A stretch of DNA of 34,345 bases from Alphaproteobacteria bacterium (GTDB taxonomy: Bacteria; Pseudomonadota; Alphaproteobacteria; Rickettsiales; JAFLCR01): positions 1 to 34,345 of the forward strand of contig JAFLCR010000001.1 in NCBI GenBank assembly GCA_017302755.1, in the 5' to 3' direction. Below are positions 34,306-34,345 of the stretch, piece by piece (position 1 is the first letter of the stretch; every line of letters begins with the position of its first letter). The position numbers were made by a program, and so were the translations under genes. Under the pieces are notes generated by a model that ran no database searches, was not told where the DNA came from, and was given only the letters and a program-made list of their open reading frames with translations.

Positions 34306-34318
34306 CCGGCATCCATAT

Positions 34319-34345
34319 GCCCCTGTGGTGGAACTGGTAGACGCG
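34319..34345 (+). tRNA. tRNA-Leu, 5' portion only (cut by window edge)
   Basis: GCCCCTGTGGTGGAACTGGTAGACGCG matches the acceptor arm and the long D-arm (GTGGAAyTGGTAGAC) characteristic of bacterial tRNA-Leu. The anticodon is not in the window. Confidence 0.7.

Noticed and set aside
1-34345. CRISPR arrays, IS elements or transposases, prophage blocks, toxin-antitoxin pairs, or known defence systems
   Set aside because: Reading both strands, I found no spaced direct-repeat array, no transposase, integrase or phage-like ORF, and no terminal inverted repeats. All large ORFs are accounted for by housekeeping families.

Overview
Dense, mostly housekeeping chromosomal segment that reads like an alphaproteobacterium (moderately GC-rich by eye, not computed; short intergenic gaps; many overlapping stop/start codons). 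In order: the cbb3 oxidase operon ccoN (5'-truncated) O-Q-P and the maturation operon ccoG-H-I-S; a divergent DUF465/ompW pair sharing a perfect FNR/FixK box; a tight block of MaoC-Pta fusion, compact acetate kinase and an atypical P2-type cation ATPase; tRNA-Thr(GGU); a low-GC gap with doubtful small ORFs; dcd; a signal-peptide-bearing msrA; an orphan ORF; mutL; a GT4 phosphosugar transferase; fsa/tal-DUF484-xerC; priA; an ABC exporter; plsC; ftsE without ftsX; a Zn-ribbon/DUF3426 protein; hpt; a 1612-aa NAD-glutamate dehydrogenase; an HNH protein; a 45-codon micro-ORF; dsbB-coq7; and the 5' part of a tRNA-Leu. ccoQ, ccoS and the micro-ORF were read by hand because they fall below the 60-aa track cutoff. 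I saw no CRISPR array, IS element or transposase, prophage genes or recognisable defence system. The best candidate for something undescribed is a putative low-oxygen module next to the cco genes: FNR box, then ompW, a hairpin, MaoC-Pta, AckA, and a P2-ATPase with Asn where the canonical TM6 Asp sits. That could mean acyl-phosphate metabolism is coupled to an ion pump, but this is inference only. All product calls rest on motifs read by eye. No database search was possible.
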